Below, in pieces: positions 14,285 through 25,119 of a DNA stretch of 64,000 nt. The DNA lies in the NCBI GenBank assembly GCA_964016885.1, contig OZ024744.1, forward strand, positions 117,738,001 through 117,802,000. Reading direction: 5' to 3'. How positions within the stretch are numbered: the first letter of the stretch is position 1; every line of letters starts with the position of its first letter. The notes under the pieces are model-generated. The model did not search any database, was not told where the DNA came from, and saw nothing but the letters and a program-made list of their open reading frames with translations. A program made the translations under genes and the position numbers. The DNA comes from Eledone cirrhosa (lineage: Eukaryota).

Positions 14285-14317
<33 letters not shown>

Positions 14318-14318
14318 G

Positions 14319-14349
<31 letters not shown>

Positions 14350-14350
14350 G

Positions 14351-14381
<31 letters not shown>

Positions 14382-14382
14382 G

Positions 14383-14415
<33 letters not shown>

Positions 14416-14424
14416 GTATATATG

Positions 14425-14455
<31 letters not shown>

Positions 14456-14456
14456 G

Positions 14457-14489
<33 letters not shown>

Positions 14490-14582
14490 GTATATATATA
14501 TGTATATATGTATGTATATATATATGTATATATATATGTATATATATGTATATATATATGTATATATATATGTATATATATG

Positions 14583-14615
<33 letters not shown>

Positions 14616-14662
14616 GTATCTATGTATATATATATGTATCTATATGTATATATATATGTATC

Positions 14663-14705
<43 letters not shown>

Positions 14706-14713
14706 GTATATAT
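13767..14713. repeat. Degenerate (TA)n microsatellite
   Basis: Direct reading. Confidence 0.98.
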
Positions 14714-14746
14714 AAGATCAAAAGATGGTTAAAGGAGTTCAATATA

Positions 14747-14813
14747 TTTTATTATGCGCATTTCAAAAACAAACATCATCAAGCAATAATATTTGTGTTT
14801 TCATCAGATAAAA
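14747..14813 (-). ncRNA. Minimal type I hammerhead ribozyme
   Basis: TTTTAT-CTGATGA-[AAAC ACAAATATTATT gctt GATGATGTTTGT TTTT]-GAAA-TGCGCA-TA^-ATAAAA: 6-bp helix I, long helix II, palindromic helix III ATGCGCAT. Confidence 0.82.
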
Positions 14814-14938
14814 CAGGAGAACATGATATGAAGGCTAAAAAACACTTGTGGATAGTGCAGTTTTAAATCAACATATCAACAGATGTAGGGTCTGTGGTTT
14901 TTCTCACAGAAAAACCACAGACCCTCCATCTCAACTCA

Positions 14939-14976
14939 CCTTTTGAAAAGCAGAAGAACTGCGAAACCGGTAAAGG
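14939..14976 (+). ncRNA. Minimal type I hammerhead ribozyme, U3-A8 core variant
   Basis: CCTT-TTGAAAA-GCAG aagaa CTGC-GAAA-CCGG-TA^-AAGG. C3-G8 is replaced by compensatory U3-A8; palindrome ACCGGT; GUA triplet. Confidence 0.75.
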
Positions 14977-15312
14977 AACCAAATAAATATATATATTTTT
15001 AAAAAAAATAGGACTTCAGTTGCATTTTCGATTTCATCTCTTTTTCTTTATACTTCAACTCGTGTAGGACACCTCGGTTATTTTTCATTTTGTAAAAAAA
15101 ACCTCACTTTTTAATATATGTATATATATATATATATATAGATATAGATAGGTAAATATACACGGGTGTGTATGATTGTGTATAGAAGATTATATTAATA
15201 AGAGGAATTCCAACTTTGTCTGATTTACTCGTTTTATTTACAATCCTTTAAAATATATATAATGGTATTATAATGAAATAGTATGATAGAATATTAAATT
15301 CTAAGTGTTAAT

Positions 15313-15351
15313 TGAACAAGTACTTTCATGCTTTCGCAATCTTCAGGTTCA
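15313..15351 (-). ncRNA. PLE hammerhead ribozyme, copy 1
   Basis: TGAAC-CTGAAGA-T TGC gaaa GCA T-GAAA-GTAC-TT^-GTTCA; 5-bp helix I; palindrome AGTACT. Confidence 0.8.
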
Positions 15352-15726
15352 TGATATGTGGTGACAGTCGAGTTTGCAATTTTCAACTGTAATGAGATGG
15401 GTAAATTTCCTACCTTTTATACATTTTATACAGAGAAAAGTGGCTCCAGAATGCAAAGCCCTGTAAACTGTATTTCGACCAATCAGTGTGTAGTTTCACT
15501 GAATTACTACAGCTGATTGGTTTAAGCGTCACGGCTGGTTGAGCATGCTAACGACCAATAGTCATATCCAACGTATCAATTGTTTTGCTTTTTTGAAATG
15601 ATGAAAATAGCATTTTCTATTAATCATCACCATCAACATCACTTTTATTATTATTATTATTGTTGTTGTTGTTGTTGTTAGTGGTCGTGGTCATAGTGGT
15701 AGTAGAAGTAATACCCCTAGGCGTTA

Positions 15727-18054
15727 TTATTGTTCATTTAGCTTGGGTTTGAATTTATCAATAAAATTCTTTTCTTTGATTTTTCTCTTGATTTCATTTG
15801 GGCTGTGTAATTTGTAGAATGGGAATATTATAAATATTCCCTGACCACATGTTGCCAGGTGGCCGCTTAGGGGTATCTGACGGACATTTGGGTCTCTGAT
15901 TTGTTGACGGTGTACCCGTGCACGTTCCGATAGTGCATTTCCAGTTTGACCGACATATAGTTCTTCACAATTCGGGCATTTAATGCAGTAAATTAGATTT
16001 CTGCTTTTGCAGTTCATATTTGCATTTGTGAATATTTTTCCAGTTTTTGTTTTCATATATTGACCGGCGTGTATGGATTGACATGTGCCGCATCGATTAT
16101 CATTGCATTTAGATACAGTGAATGATTGGTCTTTGTTGTTAAGGTCAAACTTTGCTTTTGTTAGCAATTGCTTCAAATTTTTTGGCTGTCTTTTACTAAG
16201 AGTCAAAGATCGATCTGTGATTAAGCCTTTTAATTCATTACTTTGAGCAATGATCGGTAGGTTTGCTTTGGCAGTGTTGAAGATATTCTGGTGACATGGG
16301 TTGTGTGTCATTATAAATGGTATGACCAGTTCTTGGTTTCTTCTTCTTTGGGTTGTTCTAAGTTGTTGTATAGGTATTTTTATAGCCCGCTGTATGCCAT
16401 TTTCTATAAGTAGAGATGGGTATTTTTGTTTGAGCAAAAATTCTCTTAGTTCTGTTAGGCGTTTGTACCTGGTATTCGTATCTTCTACAATGGTACAAAT
16501 TCTTCTGGCTAGGCAGTATGGGATGTTGCGTTTTGTATGAGGTGGATGGCACGACTTAAAATTCAGATATTGATGGGTGTCTGTGTGTTTATAATATATA
16601 TCCGTGGTAATGGTGGTGTCGTTTTTGATTATCATTATATCTAGGAATGGTAATTTGGTCCTACTCATCTCTTTTGTGAATTGGAGAGATGGGTGTAGGT
16701 TATTCAGGAGGATATTGAACTCATCCAGAGTATCTCGAGATTCTGTCCAGATGATGAAACAGTCGTCAAGGTATCTCTTCCAAGATTTTTCAATGTACTT
16801 TCTAAAGTCAGTACTATATTTTTCCTCTATTTCTTGGTAGAGTTGTTGTTCTAAGTATCCCATTACAGAGTTCGCGTAAACGGGAGCAAACTTCGTTCCC
16901 ATCGCTGTGCCTCTAATTTGGATGTAATTCTTTCCATTGAAGAAGAAAGTGTTGTTTTCCAGAATAAGTTTAACTGCGTCTAATATAAATGGCGCTGTGA
17001 ATCTAATGGGAATCACTTCTCTATGTTTTTCCACCCAGTATTTAACCGCCTTTATTCCTAAATCATGTGTAATGTTGGTGTAAAGGCTTACCACATCAAA
17101 ACTGAGTAGAAGTGAATTCGTTTCCGTGGTTTTGGGAAGATGGGACAGGAAGTCGATATCATCCCGGATGAAACTGGGTATGTGAATACATAGTGGTTTC
17201 AAAATAATGTCAACAAAATTGCTTAGACGGTGAGTGGGGCATGTTGGACCAGCTATAATAGGTCTAAGTTTTAAGTCTTTTGGGTGTAATAATTTAATGT
17301 ACTCACTGTTTTGTTCTCTTACTGCCAGTTGTATTTCTTTTGACTTGTGAACTTTCGGTAGGCCATACAGGTTGCTGGGTTTCGGCTCAAAATTGGTGAT
17401 GTAGTCTCTTTCCTTATCAGTAAATGAGTTGTGGTATTTTGAAGCCAGGTTGTTGATCTTCTTCATGATGTTGTGGTCTATATTTGACGGTATTTTATGA
17501 TAGAATGTTGTGTCTTTCAGTTGTTCCTCAACCAAATCCTTGTAGTATTCAGTATCCATTATAACAACTGCACCCCCTTTATCTGCTTGTTTAATTATTA
17601 TTGTTTTATCATTTTGTATACGTTTAAGTGCAGACATTTCTGATTTGTTAATGTTTGGCCTAACATTAGTATTATGTCTAAGAGGAAATTTAGACAGGAT
17701 GTCAATGTATTGGTCGAGATAGATATTTCTTCCTTTTGGCGGAGTGAAATTTGATTTATTCTTTACTAGTGATTCATCACTCTCATTATTTTTATCAGCG
17801 AAGAATTCTACAAGACGTAATTTTCGACAGAATTCTTGGGTATCCTCCTTCAGTTCTTGGTGGTTGACTGTTGGAGTCGGTGTGAATTTCAGTCCTTTTG
17901 ACAGAATTTGCATTTCATCATTGTCAAGATCTCTTTTAGATAAATTAATTATTTTAGGATCTACGTGTACAGCTGTTTTGGGTATGTTTCCTCCTGGAGT
18001 TTTTCTTTTTCCGGTTTTTGTTGTCCTGACGTTAAAAAATGAATTTTTCTCTGT
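15727..18054 (-). CDS. PLE ORF2: reverse transcriptase, Cys-rich linker and GIY-YIG endonuclease (frame open from 18054; first ATG 17913)
   Basis: IINLS..LSKGLKF, ADKGG, YGLPKVHK, LRPII, FDVVSLYTNI, GTAMG, RYLDD, FLDI, YYKHT; CNDNRCGTC linker; LIYCIKCPNC..YVGQT..R...H. Confidence 0.95.
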   Translation of the reverse strand, partial: TEKNSFFNVRTTKTGKRKTPGGNIPKTAVHVDPKIINLSKRDLDNDEMQILSKGLKFTPTPTVNHQELKEDTQEFCRKLRLVEFFADKNNESDESLVKNKSNFTPPKGRNIYLDQYIDILSKFPLRHNTNVRPNINKSEMSALKRIQNDKTIIIKQADKGGAVVIMDTEYYKDLVEEQLKDTTFYHKIPSNIDHNIMKKINNLASKYHNSFTDKERDYITNFEPKPSNLYGLPKVHKSKEIQLAVREQNSEYIKLLHPKDLKLRPIIAGPTCPTHRLSNFVDIILKPLCIHIPSFIRDDIDFLSHLPKTTETNSLLLSFDVVSLYTNITHDLGIKAVKYWVEKHREVIPIRFTAPFILDAVKLILENNTFFFNGKNYIQIRGTAMGTKFAPVYANSVMGYLEQQLYQEIEEKYSTDFRKYIEKSWKRYLDDCFIIWTESRDTLDEFNILLNNLHPSLQFTKEMSRTKLPFLDIMIIKNDTTITTDIYYKHTDTHQYLNFKSCHPPHTKRNIPYCLARRICTIVEDTNTRYKRLTELREFLLKQKYPSLLIENGIQRAIKIPIQQLRTTQRRRNQELVIPFIMTHNPCHQNIFNTAKANLPIIAQSNELKGLITDRSLTLSKRQPKNLKQLLTKAKFDLNNKDQSFTVSKCNDNRCGTCQSIHAGQYMKTKTGKIFTNANMNCKSRNLIYCIKCPNCEELYVGQTGNALSERARVHRQQIRDPNVRQIPLSGHLATCGQGIFIIFPFYKLHSPNEIKRKIKEKNFIDKFKPKLNEQ

Positions 18055-19310
18055 TCAGGATTTATATTCCTGTTGGTGTTCGCTTGATGAACTTTTGGTC
18101 GTGATATTATATTTGGTTTCGTTATGTATTTTGTCCTATTTTTGGTATTCTGTATATTATTTTTCTTCCTGTTAGCATTATTTTTAACAATCTGGGAAAA
18201 TGACCTAGGTTTGCTTTCAGGTTTAGATCGTTTTTTCGTCCAGTTTCTTGTGGGCAATCTCTGTTGAGATCTTGAGAGTGATCTGGTTATTCTACGTTTT
18301 GTTTCCACATTCCTTGTTGGTAGTCTCTGTTGAGATCTTGAGAATGATCTCCTGGTTTTACTACTTCTCATGGTCTGGTCAAAGGAATACCTATCGTGTT
18401 TGTGCTTTTTGTTCATGTTGTGTGCGATAGGGTGTTTTTGTAGAAAAAGCGAAGAGTTATTACCGTAGTTCTTCTTTGATTCAAGGTAAGGTGAGTGTTT
18501 GTGTTGGCACGTGTTCTGGCGTATGTTGTGTTGATGAGATTGTCCACTTTTAATGCTTTTTCTCAGGGTTCCAGAGTCTTTACCGTAATTTGCAGCATAT
18601 TCATCGAGAAATAATTGTTTCTGCTGCCATACCTTTCTTGATTTGTTTTCTTCTTTTGAGATATCTCCGATCCATAGTTCTCGTAGTTTTTCAGCTATAA
18701 TACCAGTCGTTAGCTTTGAAATTTCAACTTCAATTTGGTCATCAATAGCTTCATATTTGGCTTTGTAGCGGGATTGTTTACATTCAGAAATGGAGATGTC
18801 GGTCCTGAATTTTGTCAATGTAAGTTCCCATCGGAGTTTTGTTTCTTCTTCTGGTTCTCCTGCAATTTCTGTAATTAGGTATTTACGAGGGAGTATGGGT
18901 GCCGTTAGAGAGAGCCATTTCGAATGTGTTTCGACATATTTTTCGCATCTGTATGCTTTCCAGAAATTTTGTTTTCTTATGTTAAGGAATTTTTTCCATG
19001 TCTTCCACATTTCTTTTCTTATTCGATGTGTTTTGTTTTCCAAATTTCTTTCGTTTATTTCTGACATCCAAGGGGGTTGTGGTAGGCTTTCTCTTGTATC
19101 TTTGATAACTGTTGGTATAATTTCAGCTAAATTCTTAATTTCAGAGTTTATATGTTCAGTTATAAGTTTTCCGTCTGTAGATTGTTTTTCTATTTCCTTT
19201 AAAATAGAGGATTGTGTGTCCATCATCGTGATAAGTGTTGATAATTTCGATGATATCTCCTTTAGAATTCTTTCTGATTCTGTTGGTTTCATTTGTTGCT
19301 TTCCAGACAT
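17961..19310 (-). CDS. PLE ORF1, 449 aa, helical N-terminus and basic R/S/K-rich C-terminus with a duplicated 21-aa unit
   Basis: Long intact ORF starting just after the upstream pLTR; RSFSRSQQRLPTRN / RSLSRSQQRLPTRN duplication; overlaps ORF2 by 94 nt in the -1 frame. Confidence 0.85.
   Translation of the reverse strand: MSGKQQMKPTESERILKEISSKLSTLITMMDTQSSILKEIEKQSTDGKLITEHINSEIKNLAEIIPTVIKDTRESLPQPPWMSEINERNLENKTHRIRKEMWKTWKKFLNIRKQNFWKAYRCEKYVETHSKWLSLTAPILPRKYLITEIAGEPEEETKLRWELTLTKFRTDISISECKQSRYKAKYEAIDDQIEVEISKLTTGIIAEKLRELWIGDISKEENKSRKVWQQKQLFLDEYAANYGKDSGTLRKSIKSGQSHQHNIRQNTCQHKHSPYLESKKNYGNNSSLFLQKHPIAHNMNKKHKHDRYSFDQTMRSSKTRRSFSRSQQRLPTRNVETKRRITRSLSRSQQRLPTRNWTKKRSKPESKPRSFSQIVKNNANRKKNNIQNTKNRTKYITKPNIISRPKVHQANTNRNINPEQRKIHFLTSGQQKPEKEKLQEETYPKQLYT
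18033..18039 (-). promoter_or_regulatory. Candidate -1 ribosomal frameshift slippery heptamer U_UUU_UUA
   Basis: ORF1 codons caT TTT TTA lie inside the ORF1/ORF2 overlap; a -1 slip enters ORF2 (N V R T T K...IINLS). Confidence 0.65.
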
Positions 19311-19514
19311 GTTGGCATATACACAATAGGAATATATATATAGATATAGATAGGTAAATATACACGGGTGTGTATGATTGTGTATAGAAGATTATATTAA
19401 TAAGAGGAATTCCAACTTTGTCTGATTTACTCGTTTTATTTACAATCCTTTAAAATATATATAATGGTATTATAATGAAATAGTATGATAGAATATTAAA
19501 TTCTAAGTGTTAAT

Positions 19515-19553
19515 TGAACAAGTACTTTCATGCTTTCGCAATCTTCAGGTTCA
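19515..19553 (-). ncRNA. PLE hammerhead ribozyme, copy 2
   Basis: Identical to 15313-15351. Confidence 0.8.
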
Positions 19554-19584
19554 TGATATGTGGTGACAGTCGAGTTTGCAATTT

Positions 19585-19765
19585 TCAACTGTAATGAGAT
19601 GGGTAAATTTCCTACCTTTTATACATTTTATACAGAGAAAAGTGGCTCCAGAATGCAAAGCCCTGTAAACTGTATTTCGACCAATCAGTGTGTAGTTTCA
19701 CTGAATTACTACAGCTGATTGGTTTAAGCGTCACGGCTGGTTGAGCATGCTAACGACCAATAGTC
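19585..19765 (-). promoter_or_regulatory. PLE pLTR Pol II promoter candidate upstream of ORF1
   Basis: Three CCAAT/ATTGG boxes, TATAAAAG at 19623-19616, and Inr-like TCATT/CAGTT about 25-30 nt downstream, followed by the hammerhead. Confidence 0.55.
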
Positions 19766-19928
19766 ATATCCAACGTATCAATTGTTTTGCTTTTTTGAAA
19801 TGATGAAAATAGCATTTTCTATTAATCATCACCATCAACATCACTTTTATTATTATTATTATTGTTGTTGTTGTTGTTGTTAGTGGTCGTGGTCATAGTG
19901 GTAGTAGAAGTAATACCCCTAGGCGTTA

Positions 19929-20672
19929 TTATTGTTCATTTAGCTTGGGTTTGAATTTATCAATAAAATTCTTTTCTTTGATTTTTCTCTTGATTTCATT
20001 TGGGCTGTGTAATTTGTAGAATGGGAATATTATAAATATTCCCTGACCACATGTTGCCAGGTGGCCGCTTAGGGGTATCTGACGGACATTTGGGTCTCTG
20101 ATTTGTTGACGGTGTACCCGTGCACGTTCCGATAGTGCATTTCCAGTTTGACCGACATATAGTTCTTCACAATTCGGGCATTTAATGCAGTAAATTAGAT
20201 TTCTGCTTTTGCAGTTCATATTTGCATTTGTGAATATTTTTCCAGTTTTTGTTTTCATATATTGACCGGCGTGTATGGATTGACATGTGCCGCATCGATT
20301 ATCATTGCATTTAGATACAGTGAATGATTGGTCTTTGTTGTTAAGGTCAAACTTTGCTTTTGTTAGCAATTGCTTCAAATTTTTTGGCTGTCTTTTACTA
20401 AGAGTCAAAGATCGATCTGTGATTAAGCCTTTTAATTCATTACTTTGAGCAATGATCGGTAGGTTTGCTTTGGCAGTGTTGAAGATATTCTGGTGACATG
20501 GGTTGTGTGTCATTATAAATGGTATGACCAGTTCTTGGTTTCTTCTTCTTTGGGTTGTTCTAAGTTGTTGTATAGGTATTTTTATAGCCCGCTGTATGCC
20601 ATTTTCTATAAGTAGAGATGGGTATTTTTGTTTGAGCAAAAATTCTCTTAGTTCTGTTAGGTGTTTGTACCT
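19929..20672 (-). pseudogene. 5'-truncated second copy of PLE ORF2 (linker plus GIY-YIG)
   Basis: Direct repeat of 15727-16470; one substitution seen near the breakpoint. Confidence 0.9.
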
Positions 20673-21006
20673 ACCAGGTACAAACACCTAACATTAAATA
20701 ATAATAATAATAAAAGTGATGTTGATGGTGATGATTAATAGAAAATGCTATTTTCATCATTTCAAAAAAGCAAAACAATTGATACGTTGGATATGACTAT
20801 TGGTCGTTAGCATGCTCAACCAGCCGTGACGCTTAAACCAATCAGCTGTAGTAATTCAGTGAAACTACACACTGATTGGTCGAAATACAGTTTACAGGGC
20901 TTTGCATTCTGGAGCCACTTTTCTCTGTATAAAATGTATAAAAGGTAGGAAATTTACCCATCTCATTACAGTTGAAAATTGCAAACTCGACTGTCACCAC
21001 ATATCA

Positions 21007-21045
21007 TGAACCTGAAGATTGCGAAAGCATGAAAGTACTTGTTCA
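21007..21045 (+). ncRNA. PLE hammerhead ribozyme, copy 3 (inverted pLTR)
   Basis: TGAACCTGAAGATTGCGAAAGCATGAAAGTACTTGTTCA on the + strand. Confidence 0.8.
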
Positions 21046-21167
21046 ATTAACACTTAGAATTTAATATTCTATCATACTATTTCATTATAATACCATTATA
21101 TATATTTTAAAGGATTGTAAATAAAACGAGTAAATCAGACAAAGTTGGAATTCCTCTTATTAATATA

Positions 21168-21177
21168 TATATATATA

Positions 21178-21220
<43 letters not shown>

Positions 21221-21274
21221 GTATATATATATATATATGTATATATATATGTATATATATATGTATATGTATAT

Positions 21275-21320
<46 letters not shown>

Positions 21321-21953
21321 GTATATATATATGTATATAAATATATGTATATAAATATATGTATATATATATGTATATATATATATGTATATATATATAT
21401 GTATATATATATGTATATATATATGTATATATATATATGTATATATACATGTATATATATATATGTATATATATATATGTATGTATATATATATATGTAT
21501 ATATATATATGTATATATATATATGTATGTATATATATATATGTATATGTATATGTATATGTATATATATATATGTATATGTATATATATATATGTATAT
21601 GTATATGTATATATATATGTATATGTATATGTATATATATATATGTATATATATATATGTATATATATATATGTATATATATATATGTATATATATATAT
21701 GTATATATATATATGTATATATATATATGTATATATATATATGTATATATATATATGTTTATATATATATGTATATATATATATGTATATATATATATGT
21801 ATGTATATATATATGTATATATATGTATGTATGTATATATGTATATATGTATGTATGTATATATGTATATATATATGAATGTATATATATATATGTATAT
21901 GTATATATATATGTATGTATATATATATATGTATATGTATATATATATGTATG

Positions 21954-21998
<45 letters not shown>

Positions 21999-21999
21999 G

Positions 22000-22030
<31 letters not shown>

Positions 22031-22031
22031 G

Positions 22032-22062
<31 letters not shown>

Positions 22063-22063
22063 G

Positions 22064-22094
<31 letters not shown>

Positions 22095-22108
22095 GTATAT
22101 ATATGTAT
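21168..22108. repeat. Degenerate (TA)n microsatellite
   Basis: Direct reading. Confidence 0.98.
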
Positions 22109-24205
22109 ATCATCATCATCATATCATCATCATCAACGTTTAACGTCCGTGTTCCACGCTTGCATGGGTTTGGACGGGGGTAGTCCCACTTGAGGCAAGA
22201 GTGATTGTCTTGCTCGCATAGGACTGTCTGGCAGGTTTTCTACAGTTGGATGCCCTTCCTAACACCAACCACATTTACAGTGTGGGTCTGGGAGGTTTTT
22301 ACCGTGTTGCCTACACGGCCACATTACAGCGTGGACTGTGTGTTTTTTTGTCGTGACACCTACACGATCTCATTTGTTTCGGCCTCGATGGCGCCGTACC
22401 AACATAACTTTACATAGAACGGGGTGGTGTGGATGGGGTGGGGGTGGTGGCGGTGGGACGGGGTGTATTTTGTTAGAGATGCCTACTGGCTGGAGTAGGT
22501 TTTACTATATATTTAGGTAAGGCGGGTCTTCTCTGTTACTGAGTACCGCCAAAGGTCTCGGTCCAGTGACATTGTCTTGGAGAGGTGTAAGTGTGTGATG
22601 TCGGAGTTTATCAGCTCGTCCCAGGTTTTTCTAGGTCTGCCTATTCCGTGACTACCGTCTATCTTTATTGCCCTGCACTTTGTTATACAGCTATCGACTT
22701 TCATGCGCATCACGTGTCCATACCAACGTAGCCTTCTCTCGAGTAAACAACATCTGATCCCTCTTATCTCTAATTTTTTCCTTAGTTCGTTTATGCTTTG
22801 CCGTTCACGTATATTACTGTTACACATCCAGCGGAGCATGCAAGCTTCGTTCCTCTCTAGTCTGCGTATATCCTCTGCACACAATGCCCAGGCCTCACTG
22901 CCATGCAGCATTGCTGTTCGTATGCAGGCATCGTACAACCTGCCTTTCATTTTTAGGGAGAACCCTTTAGCAGCTAATAGTGGTATAAGCTCTCTGAACT
23001 TTTTCCAACCAGTTCTGACTCTAGCTACAGTACTTTCAGAGCACCCTCCCCCACTGCTGATTTTATCGCCCAGGTAACGGAAGCTGTCCACTATTTCTAT
23101 AGAACCCTCTGCGCAATTGAAAGAGCTAGTATTTCGTGGGCACTTGCTGCTACTTATTGCACCAGAACACCGGCCACATGTAAAATCTATGTTCTTAGTT
23201 AGCTTACCTGTGATCCCACTACATCTTTTATGCACCCATACTTTGCATTTAGGACATAAAATGGAGTTTCTACCTACGCCTTTCCTACATACCGAGCACG
23301 ACCATTTCCCAGAAGGGACCGCCGCCTTGTTTTCTTTCCTACAAACAAGTACTTTGGTCTTAGCCAGGTTAATTTTAAGTCCTTTTGACTCTAGGCCGTG
23401 CTTCCATGTTTGGAATTTCTTCTCTAGCTCGGCCATTGATTCCGCTATGAGTGTCAGGTCATCTGCGTATAGGAGTTCCCATGGGCAGCCTGTCTTGAAC
23501 TCCTCTGTTATAGCCTGAAGGGCAATAATAAATAGTAGGGGGCTGAGAACAGAGCCCTGATGGACGCCAACTTTTACGCTAAACTCTTCACTATATTCGT
23601 TGTTAATTCTAACCTTGCTGACTGTTTCTTTATACATGGCTTGTATAGCCCTCACAAGCCATTCGTCAACGCCTAGTTTTCTAAGAGCCCACCAGATAAT
23701 GGAGCGGGGGACTCTGTCGAAGGCTTTCTCCAAGTCGACAAAAGCTAAGTAGAGGGGTTTACCTTTAGCTAGGTACTTCTCCTGTAGTTGTCGTACTATG
23801 AAAAGAGCGTCTGTGGTACTTTTGCCTGACACAAACCCGAACTGCATTTCATCTAGGTCAATTCTCTCTCTGATTAGTTGCGCTATTACTTTTTCCGTGA
23901 CCTTCATGACCTGGTCGATTAATTTAATGCCTCTATAGTTACTCCTATCTAGGGCGTCTCCTTTACCCTTATAACAGTTAACGATGATGCTGCTATGCCA
24001 GTCCTTCGGAACAACCCCATTCTGTACGACTTGGTTAACTATGCGGGTGACCATGGTGTGTCCCACCGTGCCAGATGCCTTCAGCATCTCAGCAACTATT
24101 TCCGAAGGCCCAGCCGCCTTACCCGTCTTCATATCCTTGATTGCCTTACTTATTGTACTCCCCTCGACTAACACTGCTGGTCCCTCTATTGGGTCGATAT
24201 GGGGA
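22109..24205 (-). mobile_element. 5'-truncated RTE LINE, family B, with a 3' UTR of about 400 bp
   Basis: Intact RT+PHD ORF 22513-24174 (frame open to about 24204). The 3' UTR contains the AGGAAGGGCATCCA module and ends in an (ATG)n tail. Confidence 0.95.
22513..24174 (-). CDS. RTE reverse transcriptase with PHD finger, partial
   Basis: ORF track; [24 protein letters not shown]4HC3, FRYLG. Confidence 0.9.
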   Translation of the reverse strand: MLVEGSTISKAIKDMKTGKAAGPSEIVAEMLKASGTVGHTMVTRIVNQVVQNGVVPKDWHSSIIVNCYKGKGDALDRSNYRGIKLIDQVMKVTEKVIAQLIRERIDLDEMQFGFVSGKSTTDALFIVRQLQEKYLAKGKPLYLAFVDLEKAFDRVPRSIIWWALRKLGVDEWLVRAIQAMYKETVSKVRINNEYSEEFSVKVGVHQGSVLSPLLFIIALQAITEEFKTGCPWELLYADDLTLIAESMAELEKKFQTWKHGLESKGLKINLAKTKVLVCRKENKAAVPSGKWSCSVCRKGVGRNSILCPKCKVWVHKRCSGITGKLTKNIDFTCGRCSGAISSSKCPRNTSSFNCAEGSIEIVDSFRYLGDKISSGGGCSESTVARVRTGWKKFRELIPLLAAKGFSLKMKGRLYDACIRTAMLHGSEAWALCAEDIRRLERNEACMLRWMCNSNIRERQSINELRKKLEIRGIRCCLLERRLRWYGHVMRMKVDSCITKCRAIKIDGSHGIGRPRKTWDELINSDITHLHLSKTMSLDRDLWRYSVTEKTRLT

Positions 24206-24253
24206 TGTATATATATGTATATATATGTATATATGTATATATATGTATATATG

Positions 24254-24300
<47 letters not shown>

Positions 24301-24477
24301 GTATATATATATGTATATATATGTATATATATATGTATATATATATGTATATATATATGTATATATATATATATGTATATGTATATATATGTATATGTAT
24401 ATGTATATATATGTATATATATATGTATATATATATATGTATATATATATGTATATATATATATATGTATATATATG

Positions 24478-24537
<60 letters not shown>

Positions 24538-24575
24538 TGTATATGTATATATGTATATATATATGTATATATATG

Positions 24576-24674
<99 letters not shown>

Positions 24675-24819
24675 ATATATATATATGTATATATATGTAT
24701 ATATATATATATGTATATATATGTATATATATATATGTATATATATATATATGTATATATATGTATATATATATATATATGTATATATATGTATATATAT
24801 GTATATATATATATGTATA

Positions 24820-24858
<39 letters not shown>

Positions 24859-24866
24859 ATATATAT
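24206..24866. repeat. Degenerate (TA)n microsatellite
   Basis: Direct reading. Confidence 0.98.
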
Positions 24867-25056
24867 ATCATCATCACCGTTTTATGTCCGTTCTTCCACG
24901 CTAGCATGGGTTAGACGAGTTGACCTGTTGTGGGCAGTGTCTGGTCGGTTGACCATGCCTTGCTCATACAGGAACTGATTCTGGCTTGATTTCTACAGCT
25001 GGATGCCCTTCCTAACACCAACCTCATTTACAGTGAGTACTGTAAATGAGGTTGGT
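24867..25056 (-). mobile_element. Truncated 3' end of RTE family C with an 18-bp snap-back at its 5' junction
   Basis: Near-identical to about 34808-34980; ends ACCAACCTCATTTACAGT gagt ACTGTAAATGAGGTTGGT. Confidence 0.88.
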
Positions 25057-25119
25057 ATATGTATATATATATATGTATATATATGTATATATATATGTAT
25101 ATATATATGTATATATATA

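Larger units (their letters stand above)
14714..15113. mobile_element. Composite of two divergently oriented PLE pLTR-like fragments joined by a 24-bp hairpin
   Basis: Hammerhead on - at 14747-14813, hairpin at 14881-14931, and a different hammerhead on + at 14939-14976; TA flanks. Confidence 0.65.
15130..21167 (-). mobile_element. Penelope-like element (Neptune-type), partial tandem plus inverted pLTR
   Basis: 4202-bp unit: 15130-16470 is repeated at 19332-20672, and an inverted pLTR lies at about 20697-21167. Contains an RT + GIY-YIG ORF and a hammerhead in each pLTR. Both ends merge into TA runs. Confidence 0.95.

Noticed and set aside
15130-19928. LTR retrotransposon (long direct repeats)
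   Set aside because: No TG..CA ends, primer-binding site, protease, RNase H or integrase; the repeats include the ORF 3' end, as in PLE partial tandems.
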